The notes under the pieces: generated by a model | What the model was told of the DNA's origin: nothing | Seen by the model: the letters and a program-made list of their open reading frames with translations, nothing else | Database searches by the model: none | Shown here: piece after piece, positions 27,754-37,295 of the stretch | Position numbering within the stretch: the stretch's first letter is position 1 | Layout of the letters: each line of letters opens with the position of its first letter | Program-made: the position numbers and the translations under genes | Assembly (NCBI GenBank): GCA_038065615.1 | Contig: JBBTQQ010000002.1 | Coordinates: 1-57,526 of the forward strand | Direction of reading: 5' to 3' | DNA length: 57,526 bases | DNA from: Patescibacteria group bacterium | Lineage (GTDB): Bacteria > Patescibacteriota > Doudnabacteria > UBA920 > VMFF01

Positions 27754-28194
27754 TTATTTTCCTTTTTTCTCGAAAACTATGACCTTGTAACCTATGAAGT
27801 TCCAAACAAGACCAAAGGCTGTTCCGAACAAAGCGCCAATACTTGGCCAGACTGCTGGAGAAACAATGATTGGTGGAATGTAGTTAACAACAAGGCTTGA
27901 AACAGCAACGTTTATAACGAAACCTACTAAACTAACAATGGTGAACTCACTGACTTCTATAACTCTATTGCTTGTTCCTTTGCCTGCAAAGGTCCAGTAC
28001 TTGTTCATGAAGTAGCTGTTTGTTAGAGCAGCAACAAATGATATTGATTTAAAGACCGTGTAGAAGAAGCCTTTTTCTCCTACATGACTTACTGTGATTA
28101 AAAGATTTAATACAACCAAATCAACGCCTGTGTTTATGACACCAACGATTGCAAACCTGATTATTTGTTTAATTAATACTTTGCTAAATTTCAT
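27754..28194 (-). CDS. GtrA family membrane protein
   Basis: 146 aa, 4 TM. The N-terminal IIRFAIVGVINTGVDLVVLNLL is typical of GtrA-like proteins. Confidence 0.75.
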   Translation of the reverse strand: MKFSKVLIKQIIRFAIVGVINTGVDLVVLNLLITVSHVGEKGFFYTVFKSISFVAALTNSYFMNKYWTFAGKGTSNRVIEVSEFTIVSLVGFVINVAVSSLVVNYIPPIIVSPAVWPSIGALFGTAFGLVWNFIGYKVIVFEKKGK

Positions 28195-28811
28195 TAGATT
28201 TCATCCATTTCATGTTCTTCTGCCGGTTTTCCATTTTTAGAAACCGCGCCTACAACTTCATGGTCCTGAGGAACTCCGCCTTTAATGACGTTTTCAACTG
28301 CAGCCCAGGAAGAATCATGGTCTGCAGGAACAACTATTGTAACCTGATCACCATTTTCTGCTTTAAAATAAGTTAATGAAGCAAGCAAAACTCTAAAAGT
28401 CTTGCTATCAGCAATTACTTTGTAATTACCAGTATCATCTTTTGTTAATAATCCGATTATCTTTCTTCTTTCAACTGGTCCTATTTGTTTGTAGATGAAA
28501 GAACCGTCTTCTGAAATTGTTAACTTTAAAACATCCCCTTCTACAAGCTTGCTCTTTGAAGCATAGTTTGCAGGAACAGGATATTGTTTTCCGTCTGGTC
28601 CGATCATGTTTTGACCGTCAAAGACTCCTTCGATTATTTTACCGCCCTCAGTTACTGAAAGCATCTGTGCTTTCTCTGAAAGCTTTGCGCTGTTATCTGT
28701 TATATCTCTACCGCCTAGCATTTCTCTTAGAAGTTGCTTTGCGGATCTGATGTTCTTCTCTGCAGAATCAATCATCTGCATAGCAAGAGCCAAATTTGCT
28801 AATTTGTCCAT
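28194..28811 (-). CDS. Hypothetical protein (205 aa)
   Basis: Clean ORF whose stop shares position 28194 with the gtrA-like start. No motif recognised. Confidence 0.6.
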   Translation of the reverse strand: MDKLANLALAMQMIDSAEKNIRSAKQLLREMLGGRDITDNSAKLSEKAQMLSVTEGGKIIEGVFDGQNMIGPDGKQYPVPANYASKSKLVEGDVLKLTISEDGSFIYKQIGPVERRKIIGLLTKDDTGNYKVIADSKTFRVLLASLTYFKAENGDQVTIVVPADHDSSWAAVENVIKGGVPQDHEVVGAVSKNGKPAEEHEMDEI

Positions 28812-28909
28812 TTTTCCCCTTAACTTTTATTTTTGTATTTAATGACCTTTTGTTTCAATCGAAATTAACTATATATATTATATCACACTATAGTTTTCCC
28901 CTGCTGTGG

Positions 28910-31432
28910 TTAAACGGTTTTCTCTGTATTAAAGCCTGCTTTTGCCATATATTCAGCGACTTGGCTAGCCTCTAGAATTTCTGCTTCAACCTCTTCTCTT
29001 AAACGACCGTACTTGAGTCTTGAAAGCTCCCTTATTGCTGAAGCCGTCTCTCTTTGACCCCCAGGAAGCGGTGGCATGGTCTGCATATTAAAAGGTTTTG
29101 ACCCTGTCCCATTTATCATCAACTTAACGTATGCGCTAAACCTATCAATGTTAACAAGATCAAAATCACTAAATACTGGAGAAAATTCTTTTGCCATAGT
29201 TTCTGCATCTTCAACACCGATTCTAAAACAGATTTCTGTACCAGCGTTTCCAAAGACAGCGTCTCTAATATCTTTGCTGCCAGCGCCTTGCGCGCCTGCT
29301 TGTTGTTCAAGCTGACCTAAGTATTGATGCGCTATGACTAAGTTCAAACGGTATTTTCTTGCTTCTGAAAGAATCGAAGAAAAAGCATCTGTAATGAAGT
29401 TTTGAAACTCATCAACATATAGATAGAAGTCACGACGATCTTGTTCTCTTGGAATGTCTGAACGTGAAAGAGCTGCCATTTGAATCTTAGAAACAAGGAT
29501 TAAACCAAGCAATTTTGAGTTAATCTCCCCTGTTTTTCCTTTTGCAAGATTAACTAACAATATTTTCCCGTTATCCATAATATCTCTAAAATCAAAACCT
29601 GACTTTGCTTGTCCTATGATATTGCGCATTGTTGCGTTTTCAACAAAACGTCCTACTTTAGAAATTAAGTACCCAAGCATTTCTGATTTGTGAAAATCAG
29701 ATGTTTTTGCCATTTCTTTTTCCCAAAAATTTCTAACAACTAAATCTTTAACTTTAGAAACCTTGTACTTTTGAAATTCCGTATCTGTAAAGATTCTTGG
29801 AATATCAACGATTGTTCCCGGATGTTCTTGGTCAGCCATTAAAGTTAGCATGGCATTCCTCATGTTGTGCTCAAACATCGGACCAAGCATTGAAGGGTCA
29901 GTAACAAGTTTGTAAAAAATTGAGATCATTTCCTGAACAGCAAAATCTTTTTGTTCTTCGCTTCTGACCTCTAGGATGTTTAATCCAACAGGTCTGTCTG
30001 TATCAAATGGTTCAAAGAGGATGACATCTTCAGCACGTTCTTTTGGAATGTGTTCAAGAATCCCTTCTACTAAATCACCATGGGGATCAATTAAACACAA
30101 ACCTTCGCCGTTTTTAATGTCCTGTATTGCCATGTTTTTCAAGAGCTCTGATTTACCAGAACCAGTTCGCCCAATCATATACACGTGCCTTCTACGATCA
30201 TCACGAGCAATACGAATGTCTGTAACTACGTTTCTGTAAATATTTTTACCTAAAAGAATTCCTTCGGTTGGAATATTTACAGGTGCTGGAGCTCTCTTAG
30301 ATAACAGCCATTTAATGTTTGGCGTTTCAGTAAATGGAGTTGGTAAATGCCAGATGCTTGCAAGTTCTTCAGTGTTTAAAATGAATCTATTTCCATAATC
30401 ATTGAAAGCTCTAAATATGTAATCTAATAGGATTTTGTTGTCATTTCTTTTCTTGATCTTAAAACCATTAAACGGCAGGATGGTATATTGCATAAATGAT
30501 GCAATGATATTGCGCATGTGCACATCAGCGCTGGTTGCGTCTTTTGCAGAAGTTATGATCCTAACGTTTGCTTTATAACCTGGTCTGCTTGCTTTCTCCT
30601 CTAAACGCTTAACAATCTCTTGTTGCATTGGCGTTAGATTTATAGGGTTATCCAAACCAGAAAGGTCTCTTGAAGAACGGCTTGGATTTTTCTTACCAGC
30701 ATTGCTTCTAAAGATTAAGTCATGAAAAGCACGAGCAATGATTCCCTTTTCAACAACTGCGGGGTTTTTCCCTTGCTGAATATCCAAAGCCATATGTCTT
30801 GGTTTTTTCTGCCAACGATCTCCAGCTGGACTTATGATTAACTGGATTACAGCGCCTTCGTTTTCATCTAGTTTAGACATTGCATTAGTAATCGCATTCA
30901 ACGGATCTGTTTCCATCAATTTGTAAGTTCTGAAAGGATATACGTATTTCTTTTGCAAGATTAATTCAGTTGTTGCTTGAACTGCTCCTTGAACAAAAGG
31001 GTTATATCCAGCTATTTGTTCAATCTGCGCTGTTGGATATTGCGCATGAATTTGTTTTTCAATGATATCTTTTAATGTTGCCGGACAGTTTATATAGAAG
31101 GATATCTTTTTTTCAAAAGCAGCGATTTCAAAAGAAATATAATCGCTTTTACCAAAAAAGGTTTGTTTTGATCCTGCCTCAGAAAGTGTTGTGAAAATCT
31201 GTTCAGCAACAGAGATGAGCTGTTTCTTTTGTTCTAAGTCTTTGTAATTTTCCTGATCAGCTGTTTCTTTAGGAATTTGCAATTCAAAGAAGACCGAGTT
31301 CTTTATTCTCGGAACAACATCTTTAGAATATTTTCTGTTTCTTAGCCAATAATGTAAAAACACAGCTACAAAAGCTGCAACAAGAACAACTAGAACTAAG
31401 TATGATCCTAAAAGTATGTTTTGCCCTGTCAT
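28910..31432 (-). CDS. Membrane-anchored P-loop ATPase resembling type IV secretion coupling proteins (VirD4/TraG/TraD family)
   Basis: N-terminal TM (ILLGSYLVLVVLVAAFVAVFL), Walker A GRTGSGKS, Walker B-like FYLYVDEFQNF. The C-terminal half is laid out like the T4SS DNA-transfer ATPases. Confidence 0.65.
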   Translation of the reverse strand: MTGQNILLGSYLVLVVLVAAFVAVFLHYWLRNRKYSKDVVPRIKNSVFFELQIPKETADQENYKDLEQKKQLISVAEQIFTTLSEAGSKQTFFGKSDYISFEIAAFEKKISFYINCPATLKDIIEKQIHAQYPTAQIEQIAGYNPFVQGAVQATTELILQKKYVYPFRTYKLMETDPLNAITNAMSKLDENEGAVIQLIISPAGDRWQKKPRHMALDIQQGKNPAVVEKGIIARAFHDLIFRSNAGKKNPSRSSRDLSGLDNPINLTPMQQEIVKRLEEKASRPGYKANVRIITSAKDATSADVHMRNIIASFMQYTILPFNGFKIKKRNDNKILLDYIFRAFNDYGNRFILNTEELASIWHLPTPFTETPNIKWLLSKRAPAPVNIPTEGILLGKNIYRNVVTDIRIARDDRRRHVYMIGRTGSGKSELLKNMAIQDIKNGEGLCLIDPHGDLVEGILEHIPKERAEDVILFEPFDTDRPVGLNILEVRSEEQKDFAVQEMISIFYKLVTDPSMLGPMFEHNMRNAMLTLMADQEHPGTIVDIPRIFTDTEFQKYKVSKVKDLVVRNFWEKEMAKTSDFHKSEMLGYLISKVGRFVENATMRNIIGQAKSGFDFRDIMDNGKILLVNLAKGKTGEINSKLLGLILVSKIQMAALSRSDIPREQDRRDFYLYVDEFQNFITDAFSSILSEARKYRLNLVIAHQYLGQLEQQAGAQGAGSKDIRDAVFGNAGTEICFRIGVEDAETMAKEFSPVFSDFDLVNIDRFSAYVKLMINGTGSKPFNMQTMPPLPGGQRETASAIRELSRLKYGRLREEVEAEILEASQVAEYMAKAGFNTEKTV

Positions 31433-31464
31433 TTTGTTTTTATTTTTGTTTCTGGATTAGTTTT

Positions 31465-31800
31465 CTATTCTCTTCTATTTATCAATCCATTTACTAGATC
31501 AGCAGCACTTAATTCACCAGTACTCTTTTTTTCAAGTAATTGTCCTGCTGTTATTTTTCCAGCCAAGAAATCAGGGACTGCTGTGTTTACTCTTACAGAT
31601 TCTTGAGTCGCTTGTATTTGCTCTGGGGTTTGTTCAACAGCATCAGTAACTGAAACATCACCAGTAGTAACTGCTGGCATTTCAGGTATTGGTGCCTGTT
31701 CTGATCCTGGAATCTGTGAAGCGCCCTGTCTTTCGACTGTTTCGAAAGCACTTTCTGCTCTTCTCTCTGGTTCTGGAATTAGTTGTTCTGGTGTGGACAT
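31465..31800 (-). CDS. Hypothetical acidic protein (111 aa)
   Basis: ORF directly upstream of the ATPase gene. Low complexity, E/P/T-rich. Confidence 0.45.
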   Translation of the reverse strand: MSTPEQLIPEPERRAESAFETVERQGASQIPGSEQAPIPEMPAVTTGDVSVTDAVEQTPEQIQATQESVRVNTAVPDFLAGKITAGQLLEKKSTGELSAADLVNGLINRRE

Positions 31801-31935
31801 ATCTTTATATATCTAAATATATCTAAATTATACCATTTATTTGCTATATCGTTAACAAACGATTATAATACAAACACGCAAAAATGTAAAGGAGCTAAGG
31901 AAGGCTCCTGAAACCAAAACAAAGCTAAGACAAAA

Positions 31936-32856
31936 ATGAGCCTTAAAATAATCCACACTAAAAATCTTCGTTGGATTGATGTCGTAAAACCACAAACAGA
32001 GGAAATCAATTACTTAAGAACAAATTTTGATTTCCATCCTCTTGATTATGAGCAAATACAGATTTCTTCTCAGCATGCCAAGATGGAAAGCCATCCAGAA
32101 TACCAGCATATCGTCTTAATATTTCCTATTTTTAACAGAAAAACCAGAGAAATACTTCCTTCTGAAGTAGATTTTTTTGTTGGCAAAGATTTCGTTGTTA
32201 CAGTCCATGATGGATCAATGTACACAATGCTGCACATTTTTGAGAATGTTCACAAGATTGCGACTGAACGGCAAGAATTCATGTCTAAAAACTCTGGATA
32301 TCTTTTGTATCAAATATTAGAATCACTTTTCAGGAGAAGTTTTCCAATTCTTGATCATATAACTAAAGATATGACCGAAATAGAAAAAGATATCTTCGAC
32401 GATCTTAGTTTACCGATGCTTGAAAAGATTTCTTTGATGAAAAGAAACATTATAGATTTCAGAAGAATAATGAAAACTCACCACCTTGTTTTGAAGAAAA
32501 TTATGGTCAAAAAAGAAGCTTACATGGTCTTTCCTGAAAACAAATCATATTACAATGCTCTTTTAGAACACGCTGAAAACATTTGGGATATTCTTTCGAT
32601 CCAAAAAGAAACCATCGAAGCTCTTGCTGAAGCAAACACATCTCTTGCAACAAATCACCTAAACCAAACAACAAAAATTGTCACAGTTCTTTCTGCGCTG
32701 TTTTTACCAGCATCTTTTGTTATGTTCTTCTTTGCGCTTCACCTTCCAGGACGACCTTTTGAAAATACACCTAATGGTTTCTGGATCATCTTTGCAATCG
32801 CTGTAGGTGGATCAATCACTTTGTTTGCATTTTTCAAATCCAAAAAATGGTTTTAA
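31936..32856 (+). CDS. CorA-family divalent cation transporter-like protein lacking the GMN motif
   Basis: CorA-like length and cytoplasmic domain with two C-terminal TM helices. The position of YGMNF reads FALHL. Confidence 0.65.
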   Translation: MSLKIIHTKNLRWIDVVKPQTEEINYLRTNFDFHPLDYEQIQISSQHAKMESHPEYQHIVLIFPIFNRKTREILPSEVDFFVGKDFVVTVHDGSMYTMLHIFENVHKIATERQEFMSKNSGYLLYQILESLFRRSFPILDHITKDMTEIEKDIFDDLSLPMLEKISLMKRNIIDFRRIMKTHHLVLKKIMVKKEAYMVFPENKSYYNALLEHAENIWDILSIQKETIEALAEANTSLATNHLNQTTKIVTVLSALFLPASFVMFFFALHLPGRPFENTPNGFWIIFAIAVGGSITLFAFFKSKKWF

Positions 32857-32895
32857 CCTTTAGATTCTTTAGTAATTGTGTGATAACATAGGGGT

Positions 32896-34323
32896 ATGAA
32901 TTTAAAGATTTACAATACTTTAAAGCACTCTGTAGAAGACTTTAAACCATCAGACAAAAACAAGGTAAAGTTATACACTTGTGGTCCGACCGTGTATAAC
33001 AATGTGCATATCGGAAATCTACGATCATACATCAATGCCGATGTTTTAAAACGCACCCTTGAGTTTAATGGCTATGCTGTTGATTGGGTAATGAACATTA
33101 CGGATGTTGATGACAAAACCATAAACAACACTATAAAAGAGTTTGGCAGTGAGGCAAACACAGAACAATTAAAAACCTTTACCGCCAGGTATTTTGAAGG
33201 TTTTCTTGAGGACTTGGGAAAGATAAACGTCAATCAAAAGGATATTAGTTTTGTTAAGGTTACTGACAAAATTCCTGATATCCAAGACTTCATCCTTGCC
33301 CTCATAAAAAAGGGTTATGCATACAAAGCTGATGATGGTTCAACATATTTCAGTATTGAAAAATATCAAAAAGATTTTGGTGATTACGGAAATCTTGTTG
33401 GAGAAAAGTTTCTAGAAGGTAAAAAGATTGGAGCGAGAGTTAAAGTTGATGAATACGACAAGGAAAATCTTTCTGATTTTGCACTTTGGAAAGCACACGA
33501 GGATGACAACGCTAAGATATTCTGGGAACACAAAGACCTAGGTCCAGGACATCCTGGATGGCACATTGAGTGCAGCTTAATTAACTATCTAAAGTTTCCT
33601 GAAGGCACTGATATTCATACTGGCGGTGTTGATTTAATATTTCCTCACCACACTAATGAAATTGCTCAGGCTCAACCAATCTACAAACCATTTGTAAATT
33701 ACTGGGTTCATTCAGAACACATTATGGTTAATGGTGCGAAGATGGCAAAATCTACTGGTAATTACTTTGTTTTAAAAGATCTTGAAGAAGAGAAAATCGC
33801 TGGTGGTCTTGCTTTGAGATATTTGGTTTTACAATCACACTACAGGAGCAGATTAAATATAACTAAAGAAAGCTTGCTAGCTGCGAAAAATGGATACGAA
33901 AACATTCTTAAGGAAGTTTCTCTTTTAAAAAACAAGCTTCAAGACTTTGATCCAAATGTTGGAACAGTTAATGATATTTACCATGGAAAGTTTAAAGATG
34001 CGCTTAATGATGATATAGACACACCGGCTGCGCTTGCGGTTTTCCATGAGTTACTTAAATCAAAAGTTCCTGACAATGAAAAACTACAAACAATTTACAA
34101 GATGGATGAAGTTTTAGGTCTTAGCTTAGAAAGCGCTTCTAATTCGGAAAAAGAGTTAAAACAAGACCAATTCCCTGCTGACTTAAAGGATCTCTACACA
34201 AAACGCCTTGCTGCAAGAACAAGCAAAGACTTTACGCTCTCTGATCAATTAAGAAAAGATATTGAAAAACTTGGTTACAAAGTCATTGATACAAAAGATA
34301 ACATCAGAATATACGTATGTTAA
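32896..34323 (+). CDS. cysS: Cysteine--tRNA ligase
   Basis: Class I motifs HIGN (VHIGNLRS) and KMSKS variant KMAKS. Zn and anticodon-binding regions are in the typical layout. Confidence 0.9.
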   Translation: MNLKIYNTLKHSVEDFKPSDKNKVKLYTCGPTVYNNVHIGNLRSYINADVLKRTLEFNGYAVDWVMNITDVDDKTINNTIKEFGSEANTEQLKTFTARYFEGFLEDLGKINVNQKDISFVKVTDKIPDIQDFILALIKKGYAYKADDGSTYFSIEKYQKDFGDYGNLVGEKFLEGKKIGARVKVDEYDKENLSDFALWKAHEDDNAKIFWEHKDLGPGHPGWHIECSLINYLKFPEGTDIHTGGVDLIFPHHTNEIAQAQPIYKPFVNYWVHSEHIMVNGAKMAKSTGNYFVLKDLEEEKIAGGLALRYLVLQSHYRSRLNITKESLLAAKNGYENILKEVSLLKNKLQDFDPNVGTVNDIYHGKFKDALNDDIDTPAALAVFHELLKSKVPDNEKLQTIYKMDEVLGLSLESASNSEKELKQDQFPADLKDLYTKRLAARTSKDFTLSDQLRKDIEKLGYKVIDTKDNIRIYVC

Positions 34324-34336
34324 TGTTGGTCCAATA

Positions 34337-34364
34337 ATTTTAGTTAACATATGTTAACTAAAAT
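34337..34364. terminator. Perfect 28-bp AT-rich palindrome after cysS
   Basis: ATTTAGTTAACAT|ATGTTAACTAAAT-type perfect dyad centred between 34350 and 34351. It could act as a terminator or as a protein-binding site. Confidence 0.45.
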
Positions 34365-34382
34365 GTATACGCCACGCTTAAC

Positions 34383-34412
34383 AAAAATATGGCTTACTTA
34401 AGCCATATTTTT
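34383..34412. terminator. Bidirectional hairpin terminator downstream of the 34417-35466 gene
   Basis: 13-bp stem AAAAATATGGCTT / AAGCCATATTTTT with a 4-nt loop. Confidence 0.6.
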
Positions 34413-34416
34413 GATT

Positions 34417-35466
34417 TTAACGTTCAGTTAGCAATCCTCTATTAATCATAGATTCAACCTCTCTGCTAGCATTAGTATATTGAATTGTTACGTCTGGATG
34501 TTCATTTTTATATACTCGGAACACCTCATCAACAAAAGCCTGTCCTACTTCTGAGACTCCTCTAAAATCTAAGATTATTTTCTTAAACTTCTCTAAGCCC
34601 ATAAGAAGCCTTTTTGCTTGCGAACGAGAATTATGTGGATCGTTTGGATCTGCACTCAAAGCAACTGCCACAATTGTCTTACCAAACCCAATCTCCAGAT
34701 CCGAATATTCGTCCATCACCTGTTTTGTTGTTCTTTTCGAATCAAGTGAAAATACCATTTTTATCAAAGTACCTTTCCCAAACGATTCTTGTTTTTCTGA
34801 AGACAAAAACCAATCTTGATTCTTAAATGTATAGTACAAATCATCAGAAAGTATTGAAAACCTATCACAAATCCTTGATGTAAAAAATATTCCCTCTCCA
34901 GAATGATGGGATGGGTCAGTAGTAAATTTACCTTTAGACAAATGTAGCAAGGACTCACGCATTGATGATAATCTCAATGCTTTTTGGATTTTACTAAAAA
35001 TACCAACACCATTATCCATAACTATTATTGTCATATCTTTGTCTCCGATGTCCACTTCAATAAAAATGTCTTTCCCTGTTGAATGATCCTTTGCGTTATT
35101 AACAATTTCAGTGAAAGCGTAATTTGACATACTCCTTATATTTTCAGGAAAACGCAAAACGACAGGTTTAATATATTTCGCCCAAATCTCATATTCATCT
35201 AACTTCTTTTTTACTTTAGGTATTTTTAAACTGAACTCAATATGTTTACCATCAGCAAGAAAATAACGAGTCCATCTCGTGTTCCCTATTTTAACCAAAT
35301 TGCCCTTGCTTACCTCTCTTAATACATAAATATGAGCCCTTTGCCTAGAAAATCCAAATTCCTTAGCTAAAAGAGGAGCTATATCAGCTCCGTGACTTTC
35401 GACATTATCCAATACAAACTGGGTTATTTTACTAGGATCTCTTTTCATAGCTTTATTGTAAACCAT
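34417..35466 (-). CDS. wHTH + GHKL (histidine kinase/RsbW-like) ATPase + STAS-like (DUF4325-like) fusion protein
   Basis: N-terminal HTH-like FGFSRQRAHIYVLREVSKGNLVKIG. ATPase N-box/G-box-like EIVNNAKDHS...IIVMDNGVGIF...GEGIFF. C-terminal ILDFRGVSEVGQAFVDEVFRVY is what I recall for DUF4325 (from memory, unverified). Confidence 0.6.
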   Translation of the reverse strand: MVYNKAMKRDPSKITQFVLDNVESHGADIAPLLAKEFGFSRQRAHIYVLREVSKGNLVKIGNTRWTRYFLADGKHIEFSLKIPKVKKKLDEYEIWAKYIKPVVLRFPENIRSMSNYAFTEIVNNAKDHSTGKDIFIEVDIGDKDMTIIVMDNGVGIFSKIQKALRLSSMRESLLHLSKGKFTTDPSHHSGEGIFFTSRICDRFSILSDDLYYTFKNQDWFLSSEKQESFGKGTLIKMVFSLDSKRTTKQVMDEYSDLEIGFGKTIVAVALSADPNDPHNSRSQAKRLLMGLEKFKKIILDFRGVSEVGQAFVDEVFRVYKNEHPDVTIQYTNASREVESMINRGLLTER

Positions 35467-35512
35467 TGAATAGCTCTTTGTAAACCCCTAAGGTAGTCTT
35501 TGTAAACCCCTA
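35456..35512 (-). promoter_or_regulatory. Three phased direct repeats (operator-like) over the start of the wHTH-ATPase gene
   Basis: TTGTAAACC at 35456-35464, 35478-35486 and 35500-35508, exactly 22 bp apart. The two upstream copies extend to an identical 16-mer TCTTTGTAAACCCCTA (35475-35490, 35497-35512). The proximal copy overlaps the ATG. Confidence 0.6.
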
Positions 35513-35616
35513 CTTATCCTTGGCTACACTTGTTTATTCCTAAAGTATTATCAATTTCAACCTAGTCTAACCACTTCCTTGAAAATACCCTGTTTTTCCG
35601 CTAATATTAACAAGTT

Positions 35617-36594
35617 ATGGATTTTTCCTGGAATCAAATTAAAAAACCAGTAGTAGCACTAGCGCCAATGTCTGGGGTCTCAGACTCCCCTATGCGCCTA
35701 ATGGCCAAAAAACTTGGCTCTGATTTAGAATTTTCAGAGTTCATTTCTGCAGCAAGTCTTTTCTACAAAAAAGAAAACGAAAAAAGCTTTAATCTAGCTC
35801 GTTTTGAAGAAACAGAAAGACCATACATCATTCAGCTCTTTGGTAATGTTCCAGAACACTTTGAAGTAGCAACAAAAATCTTAAACGAACGCTTTAACCC
35901 TGATGGCTTTGATATTAATTTTGGTTGTCCGGCTAGATCAGTTGTAAATTCAGGAGCCGGCTCTGCTTTGTTCTGTGAACCAGAAAAAGCAATAGCAATA
36001 ATCGAAGCTGTAAAAAAAGCGAGCAATGGTAAACCAACGTCCATAAAGATTAGGGCGGCTTTTAAAAATATTTCAGCGCTAGAGTTCATTGAGAGTATAA
36101 AAGGGGCACCTTTTGAAAATGTAACTCTTCACATGCGCACATATGAACAATTACACACCGGTGAACCAAACTGGGAAATTGCAAAACAACTAAAAGAAAA
36201 GCTGAAACCATTGGGTATTCCTTTAATCATCAATGGCGGATTAAACACAGCTGAAAAAGCAAAAGCTGCATTAGAATACACAGGAGCTGATGGAGTTATG
36301 ATTGCCCAAGCTTCTTTAGGGAATCCTTTCATCTTCAGAGAAATCAAAGCAGCTCTAAATAACGAAGCAATTCCAACTGTTACTCTAGAAGAAAGAATTC
36401 AAACAGCACTTGAACATGCAAAACTAATGGTTCAGATAAAAGGCGAACATTATGGAATCCTTGAAATGAGAAAACACCTTGCTTGGTATTTTAAAGGTAT
36501 GCCAAATGTTTCTGAATTAAGAGCTAAGCTTGTTAAGATTGACTCTCTTAAAGAACTTGAGGAAATATTACGTAATATACAATTCCAGACTTAA
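35617..36594 (+). CDS. dus: tRNA-dihydrouridine synthase
   Basis: VALAPMSGVSDSPMR, DINFGCPA and catalytic-region layout are typical of the Dus family. Confidence 0.85.
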   Translation: MDFSWNQIKKPVVALAPMSGVSDSPMRLMAKKLGSDLEFSEFISAASLFYKKENEKSFNLARFEETERPYIIQLFGNVPEHFEVATKILNERFNPDGFDINFGCPARSVVNSGAGSALFCEPEKAIAIIEAVKKASNGKPTSIKIRAAFKNISALEFIESIKGAPFENVTLHMRTYEQLHTGEPNWEIAKQLKEKLKPLGIPLIINGGLNTAEKAKAALEYTGADGVMIAQASLGNPFIFREIKAALNNEAIPTVTLEERIQTALEHAKLMVQIKGEHYGILEMRKHLAWYFKGMPNVSELRAKLVKIDSLKELEEILRNIQFQT

Positions 36595-37280
36595 TCAAAA
36601 AGGTCTGGTGCAAATTCTCGTATACTGGTATATTCATCTGCACAAACAACAATGTGATCAACCAGCTCAATACCCATTAACTTCCCTGCATCATATATCT
36701 GTTTAGTTACTTCAATATCAGGATCACTTGGAGTGCTTGAACCTGATGGATGATTATGCGCAAGCAAAATCTGTGCAGCATGAGCTTTAATTGCTGTTTC
36801 AAAGACCTCTCTTGGATGAATCAAAGAACCAACCAAAGTCCCTATTGAAATGACTTCTGGCTCTGAACAAAGACGCATTCGTGAATCAAGACAAAAGAGC
36901 ATAAGATGCTCTTTCTTTTTATGTCTTAAGTACCCGATGCACAGCCTGTACGCTTCTAGAACATTAAAAATGCTCTTAGAAAGCGGTTTGCTGCTTTCAA
37001 GGTGCAAACGGCTCCCCAGCTCCAACCCCGCCTTTATCTGGGCTGCTTTTGCAAATCCAATACCTTTAATCTGCTGAAGGTCTTTTAAGCTTGCTTGGTG
37101 CAAACTTTCTAGGGTTGGGTACTTAGAAACTAAATCTTGAGCAACAGTTAAAACAGAACTATTACCACTTCCCTTTGCCATAACTATTTCTAATAGCTCC
37201 CTTAAAGACAAAGAAGCACACCCAAGCGCTTCTAAGCGTTCTCTTGGTCTTTCAAACTTCGGTAAATCTTGTATTGTCAT
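36591..37280 (-). CDS. radC: RadC-like JAB domain protein
   Basis: N-terminal PRERL, HhH region IKGIGFAKA, and JAMM motif LAHNHPSG. Confidence 0.85.
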   Translation of the reverse strand: MTIQDLPKFERPRERLEALGCASLSLRELLEIVMAKGSGNSSVLTVAQDLVSKYPTLESLHQASLKDLQQIKGIGFAKAAQIKAGLELGSRLHLESSKPLSKSIFNVLEAYRLCIGYLRHKKKEHLMLFCLDSRMRLCSEPEVISIGTLVGSLIHPREVFETAIKAHAAQILLAHNHPSGSSTPSDPDIEVTKQIYDAGKLMGIELVDHIVVCADEYTSIREFAPDLFD

Positions 37281-37295
37281 ACTCCTCCTAAAACT

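Noticed and set aside
31801-31860. Short tandem ATATCTAAAT ATATCTAAAT repeat in the divergent promoter region before corA
   Set aside because: Two copies of an AT-rich 10-mer in an AT-rich intergenic region are not distinguishable from low-complexity promoter sequence.
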